Virus record (IMG/VR): IMGVR_UViG_3300035510_000375
Strand: one strand, 5' to 3'
Length of the DNA: 20,000 nucleotides
Source: an uncultured virus (IMG/VR IMGVR_UViG_3300035510_000375)
Lineage: Duplodnaviria > Heunggongvirae > Uroviricota > Caudoviricetes
Positions 15,443 through 20,000 of this stretch are shown here, in pieces. The position numbers and the translations under genes were made by a program. Below the pieces are notes generated by a model. It did not search any database. It was not told where the DNA came from and worked only from the letters and a program-made list of their open reading frames with translations. Every line of letters starts with the position of its first letter. The stretch's first letter is position 1.

Positions 15443-15952
15443 GTGGATATTGTTACATATGCATTATGCAAAAAACTTATAAGTTCTGCATCTAAAACTA
15501 TAGACTATAATGATTTACTTAATACTCCAATTCCTAATGTGAATGGAACTGAAGATAGTCCTATAGTTCTAAATACATTAGATTATGGTAATTATATCCT
15601 TACTGGTAATTATCAATATACTTCAATAGCTGATACTCAAACAACAGATGTACCGGTGTTAGTTCAAATAACACAAGATGTAGTCACTTCAGAAAAAATT
15701 GCTACATTTGAAGTGTATGAAGATGGGGAAGCGTGTCGTTATTCAATTACATTTTATGATGATGACACTTGCTTGCAAGATAAGGTAGTAATTACCAACC
15801 AAAAAGATGTTGTATTATTTTTTAATGATGATACTGATCTACCAGACCAAGGACAAGAAAAAATCTTGTATGTAACGGATAGTTCTATTTATAAATGGAA
15901 TGATACAGAATATACAAGTTTGGGAGCTTCCGAATGGGGTTCCTGTGATTAA
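15443..15952 (+). CDS. Acidic hypothetical protein, probably virion-associated
   Basis: GGGAGG RBS, GTG start; C-terminal LPDQGQEKILYV..IYKWNDTEY module. Confidence 0.7.
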   Translation: MDIVTYALCKKLISSASKTIDYNDLLNTPIPNVNGTEDSPIVLNTLDYGNYILTGNYQYTSIADTQTTDVPVLVQITQDVVTSEKIATFEVYEDGEACRYSITFYDDDTCLQDKVVITNQKDVVLFFNDDTDLPDQGQEKILYVTDSSIYKWNDTEYTSLGASEWGSCD

Positions 15953-15969
15953 AATTTAAGGAGGCTTTC

Positions 15970-17028
15970 ATGGCTTATAATGTTAAGTTTGTAAAGGGTA
16001 CTGCTTCCGGATATTCTAGTTTATCTACAAAGGATAGTAATACTCTCTATTTCATTACTGATACCGGAGCGTTATATTTAGGCACAACGCTCATTGCAGA
16101 CAAGACTGATTTATCTACAGTTAATTCTGCTATCGGTACTCTTTCTAGTTTAAAAACCACTTCAAAGACTGATTTAGTTACTGCGGTAAACGAGGTCTTT
16201 GATAAGGCGGCAAGTGCTGCAACCGCCGCATCTAACGCAGCAACCAATAGCAAGGTAACTCTTACTACAGCCGCTACACCTACATCTGGATACCTCAAGA
16301 CATATGTTGTATCTCAAGGTGGTTCCGAAGTAGGTAAAATTGATATACCAAAAGATTTAGTAGTAACTTCCGGTTCTGTTGTTGTTAATCCAACAGGTCA
16401 AGATGCTGGTACTTATATCGCATTAGTTATCGCTAATCAGTCAACACCTATTTATATTAATGTAAAAGACCTTTGCGATGTTTATACTGCGGCAAGCGGC
16501 GCGGCAAGAGTACAGCTTACTGTTAGCGATACTAATGTTATTAGTGCTGATTTAGTTTCAGGTAGCATTAGTTCAGGCTATTTAGCTAGTAATGCTGTAA
16601 CAACAGCTAAAATTGCTGATAGTGCGGTAACAACAGCTAAATTAGATAGCACACTTCAAACAGCTATTACTAAAGCGGGAACTGCAGTTCAGTCTGTTAC
16701 AACCGGTACTACTAATGGTACTATTGCGGTTGATGGTACAAATGTTTCTGTTAAAGGCTTAGGCAGTGCGGCTTACACAGCTAGTACAGCTTATGACGCC
16801 GCAGGTACTGCTGCTACAAAGATAGCTGCTTTGGATGCTACTGTATCGCAGACTTCCGCAAGTTCTAATGGATATGTAGCTGCAAGCGTAGTTGAAACAG
16901 ATGGTAAACTTACTAGTGTATCTGTTACTGTTGATTCTACGAAGTATGATGCGAGCGGTGCGGCATCCTCTGCACTCACTTCCGCAAAAGCTTATACTGA
17001 TACAGCTCTTACTTGGGGTTCACTCTAA
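15970..17028 (+). CDS. Tail-fibre/virion decoration-like protein, Ala/Ser/Thr-rich
   Basis: GGAGG RBS; N-terminal VKFVKGT..Y..KDSNTLYF..LYLG module; LKTTSKTDLVTAVNEV; AVTTAK repeats. Confidence 0.7.
   Translation: MAYNVKFVKGTASGYSSLSTKDSNTLYFITDTGALYLGTTLIADKTDLSTVNSAIGTLSSLKTTSKTDLVTAVNEVFDKAASAATAASNAATNSKVTLTTAATPTSGYLKTYVVSQGGSEVGKIDIPKDLVVTSGSVVVNPTGQDAGTYIALVIANQSTPIYINVKDLCDVYTAASGAARVQLTVSDTNVISADLVSGSISSGYLASNAVTTAKIADSAVTTAKLDSTLQTAITKAGTAVQSVTTGTTNGTIAVDGTNVSVKGLGSAAYTASTAYDAAGTAATKIAALDATVSQTSASSNGYVAASVVETDGKLTSVSVTVDSTKYDASGAASSALTSAKAYTDTALTWGSL
16594..16650 (+). repeat. Tandem 30-bp coding repeat (AVTTAKIADS/AVTTAKLDS)
   Basis: GTAACAACAGCTAAA occurs twice, 30 nt apart. Confidence 0.8.
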
Positions 17029-17052
17029 TTTATTGGGTAGCTTAAATTAATT

Positions 17053-17095
17053 AATTTCCGTCTAGTTTTATAATATACTAGACGGAAATTTTTTT
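17053..17095 (+). terminator. Intrinsic terminator between tail genes
   Basis: 14-bp stem AATTTCCGTCTAGT/ACTAGACGGAAATT followed by a T-tract. Confidence 0.8.
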
Positions 17096-17113
17096 AATAA
17101 GGAGGTCAATAAA

Positions 17114-19504
17114 TTGGCTAATGAAGTAAATTTTTATAAAGGAAAACAATCCTCCTATGATACAAAATTAACTAATAATGAAATAGATGATTTAACTTTT
17201 TATTTAACAAAAGATGATAATGATATCCCGCAAGATGCTTATTTAGGAAAATTAAAATTAACTAATGATGACAGTAGTGAAGATTATTTACCTTTATCAG
17301 GCGGAACCATAACTGGTCCTATTGTTGAAACACAAGGTAGCTATGTACATAAAGTAACAAAAAATACAACTGGTGATATTGCTGATTATAAAATATTGGC
17401 TATGATAGATTTTACAAAAAAATCTTCTAACCTGCAAAATAATCAACCTCTTATGTTTGAGGTTATTTCTACTGGAGCATCTCAATCTAGTATTTATTTT
17501 TTAAATTATATTTCTTATGACGTAGATTTTACTTATTATGGATTAACTACTGGTTTATGTTTAATTAAGCAAAGTACTGGACAATATGCTTTAGTTACTA
17601 ATGTAGAATCAGATGCTTATTTTTATGTGGTAAGATATTACAATCCAAATCCCTTAAAAGATGGCGTTGGGATCAATGTAACATGGATGGACCAAAATTA
17701 TGCAAGCGATATTTCTGCCAATACCAATGTTATATATCCGGAATTGGGAAATAGCTATTATACCAATGGGGTATATGAAGGGGATTTACAGGTAAAAGGA
17801 AATTCTTATGTTTATAGAATAAAAGATAGTTCTATACAAGGTCAGGTACAATTTGCTAAAATCCATATTGCAGAGAATTTTATAGAGCAAACTACTAACT
17901 CTGCACCCTATGGCCCTTTAGTGTTAGATGTTACTTACAGTATAGGAGAACATACAAATTTATATTTTCGTGTATCTACAGGAAGCGGACAAGCTCCTTA
18001 TGTAGAAAACCATTGTTATAGCACATATGGAAATATTTATCTTAATAAAATAGATGATTATACATATGGAGTTGTTGTTAATCATTATGCTGCCAATGGA
18101 AATTATTTACAAGTTAATCATTGCCATAATGCGGCTCCACAATGGCTTTCAATAGAATGGGACTCTACAGCGGTAGAACTTACAGATTTAATTACAGTTA
18201 AACAATCTAATATTTCAATGGCTGATGGAAATATTGTTTTAAATAATGATTCAGAACTCATTATGAATAACACAAGTATGGGGTTGATCTTAACAGATAG
18301 CACAGGGAAAAAATATCCAGGTATCTGTGATAACAGTTCAAATTTATGGATAGGTGCTTATCAGGCAGAAAGTGGAAGACAAACAAAAGCAACTAGACAA
18401 TTTCATCATACAGGGGAGGTTCTTATTTCTTCTGGCATAAATGCGGATGGGAAGACGTGGACTGATGATAGTGATGGTAATGAATATTTTGGAAATGAAA
18501 CTATTAAGATATGCGTGCCTAATGTTGTAAGCCCTCCTGCAGATTCGGGTGGAATTGATTATCGTAATTATCCTGTACTTCATACTGGTAATATAGGTCA
18601 AAGAAGTATTAATTTTAATTTAGGCATAGGTATTAGCGGAAATGGGGCTGAATTAATTAATACTAGTCTAACAAATTATGCAGACCTTACTAGTAGTGCA
18701 AGTGGAAAAAGTCAAGGAATATCTAGAAATAATTTAAAGTTTGGTAATAAAAATTGTTATAATTCTATTTATATAGGTTCTTATTATGCCACTAATGAAT
18801 TTTCAAGCTCTAATATTGCCGCTAGTGTACCTGCCTGTGGCGGAGATGCAGTAACAGCAATAGGAGGAACAACAACAGATGGACGTACTGAATATATTAT
18901 TTTAAATGCAGTAAAGGATATAATTGTAAGATTAAGTAGCACAGGCGAGAATACCAATGGTACAGATTTTGCAGGTTCTGCACTTAGACCTGCAACATCA
19001 GGACAATCAATGTTAGGAAGAAGTTCTTACAGATGGGATACTGGCTATTTTTCTTCAGCTATTAGCACGACTTCTGACAAAAACCTTAAAAAAGATATTG
19101 AAAATCTTGATGATAAATATTTAGATTTGATGCTTGAACTTCAACCTAAGTCATTTAAATTTATAGATAATACAAGCAACAGAACACACGTTGGATTCAT
19201 TTCCCAAGACGTTGAAGAATTATTAGATAAATATGGTCTTACCGCATTAGATTTTGCGGGATTCTGTAAAGACAAAAAAACAGAGACAAGAGTCATTAAA
19301 GAGGCTATATTAGATGAAGATGGTAATATTGTTCAAGAAGAAGAAACTGAAGATGTTGAAGTCTTGGATGAAAATGGCAATCCAGAGTACGTTTATAGTT
19401 TGCGATATGAAGAATTTATCGCAATTAATACAGCCTTAATTCAAAGGCAGCAAAAACAAATTAACGAGTTAACAGAAAAAATAGATAGTTTAATAAATAA
19501 ATAA
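17114..19504 (+). CDS. Tail fibre/spike with C-terminal intramolecular chaperone (peptidase S74)
   Basis: AAGGAGG RBS, TTG start; YLPLSGGTITG; C-terminal LGRSSYRW..TSDKNLKKDI..HVGFISQDVE..YSLRYEEFI and coiled coil. Confidence 0.88.
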   Translation: MANEVNFYKGKQSSYDTKLTNNEIDDLTFYLTKDDNDIPQDAYLGKLKLTNDDSSEDYLPLSGGTITGPIVETQGSYVHKVTKNTTGDIADYKILAMIDFTKKSSNLQNNQPLMFEVISTGASQSSIYFLNYISYDVDFTYYGLTTGLCLIKQSTGQYALVTNVESDAYFYVVRYYNPNPLKDGVGINVTWMDQNYASDISANTNVIYPELGNSYYTNGVYEGDLQVKGNSYVYRIKDSSIQGQVQFAKIHIAENFIEQTTNSAPYGPLVLDVTYSIGEHTNLYFRVSTGSGQAPYVENHCYSTYGNIYLNKIDDYTYGVVVNHYAANGNYLQVNHCHNAAPQWLSIEWDSTAVELTDLITVKQSNISMADGNIVLNNDSELIMNNTSMGLILTDSTGKKYPGICDNSSNLWIGAYQAESGRQTKATRQFHHTGEVLISSGINADGKTWTDDSDGNEYFGNETIKICVPNVVSPPADSGGIDYRNYPVLHTGNIGQRSINFNLGIGISGNGAELINTSLTNYADLTSSASGKSQGISRNNLKFGNKNCYNSIYIGSYYATNEFSSSNIAASVPACGGDAVTAIGGTTTDGRTEYIILNAVKDIIVRLSSTGENTNGTDFAGSALRPATSGQSMLGRSSYRWDTGYFSSAISTTSDKNLKKDIENLDDKYLDLMLELQPKSFKFIDNTSNRTHVGFISQDVEELLDKYGLTALDFAGFCKDKKTETRVIKEAILDEDGNIVQEEETEDVEVLDENGNPEYVYSLRYEEFIAINTALIQRQQKQINELTEKIDSLINK

Positions 19505-19582
19505 ATAAATAAGAGTTATGTTTATTAATATTAAATTATAAAATAACTCCATTATTTATTTATTTTGTAATGGGGAAAAATA

Positions 19583-19858
19583 ATGGCATACAATGTAAAA
19601 TTCAAGAAAGGAACTCAAACTAAATACGATGCTTTGACAACAAAAGATGAAGATACATTTTATCATATAGATAATAATGTGTATTTAGGTGAGATTAAAC
19701 TCTCCAATGGAGAGGATGTAGCTGATTTAGCAATAGGAGGTAGGAATCTAATACTTAATAGTAAAGATTTATCTTATACTGGTAATGTATTTTTTAACTC
19801 TTATCTTGTAAATAATAGCAATACACTTACTTATAATGGTAGTGTTTTAGTATATTAA
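19583..19858 (+). CDS. Short tail-associated protein sharing the N-terminal module
   Basis: MAYNVKFKKGTQTKYDALTTKDEDTFYHIDNNVYLG then IGGRNLILNS. Confidence 0.72.
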   Translation: MAYNVKFKKGTQTKYDALTTKDEDTFYHIDNNVYLGEIKLSNGEDVADLAIGGRNLILNSKDLSYTGNVFFNSYLVNNSNTLTYNGSVLVY

Positions 19859-19876
19859 TGAAGGAGAGAATTATTT

Positions 19877-20000
19877 ATGGCGAATATTGAAATTAAAACA
19901 GTAATTGATGATATTTTAAGTAGTTCTACTAAAGTCACCACATTACAATCAAATGTTGCAACTAATACTACTAATATTGCTAATAATACTAGTAAAATTA
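19877..20000 (+). CDS. 5' part of a probable coiled-coil fibre protein (truncated by window end)
   Basis: GAAGGAG RBS; MANIEIKTVIDDILSSSTKVTTLQSNVATNTTNIANNTSKI..., open to the window end. Confidence 0.7.
   Translation, partial: MANIEIKTVIDDILSSSTKVTTLQSNVATNTTNIANNTSKI

Noticed and set aside
16047..18601. Minus-strand ORFs 16047..16298, 16791..16979, 17297..17485, 18118..18303, 18344..18601
   Set aside because: Antisense shadows of the tail genes.
19500..19565. Long imperfect AT-rich hairpin with (AAAT)n flanks after the S74 fibre gene
   Set aside because: Could be a weak terminator, but the stem is almost all A-T and low-complexity, so it was not called.
15247..20000. Diversity-generating retroelement or invertible tail-fibre cassette
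   Set aside because: No reverse transcriptase or invertase, and no near-identical template/variable repeat pair seen in this window.
1..20000. tRNA genes or CRISPR array
   Set aside because: No cloverleaf with a T-loop consensus and no regularly spaced direct repeats noticed by eye; tRNAscan-SE and a CRISPR finder would confirm.

Overview
AT-rich segment of a large tailed bacteriophage genome, probably infecting a Firmicutes/Clostridia-like host (inferred from sigma-A-type promoters, GGAG ribosome-binding sites, an amidase-SH3 endolysin and a CodY-like domain). Positions 1-15100 are on the minus strand. They carry type IIA topoisomerase B and A genes split by three group I introns (two holding decayed homing-endonuclease sequence), a lysis cassette, and a cluster of nucleic-acid end-healing/sealing and NAD genes: three metallophosphoesterases, a PNK-like kinase, an L33-like Zn-finger protein, NadE preceded by a probable pncB deletion scar, an Rnl2-type RNA ligase, Thg1, and a Pol-beta nucleotidyltransferase fused to a CodY-like winged HTH. 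A doubly frameshifted free-standing endonuclease sits between an orphan 5' fragment and a full copy of that nucleotidyltransferase gene. Positions 15247-20000 are on the plus strand and encode tail-fibre/receptor-binding-type proteins sharing a short N-terminal module, one with a C-terminal S74 chaperone. All family calls come from motif recognition by eye; no database searches were run.
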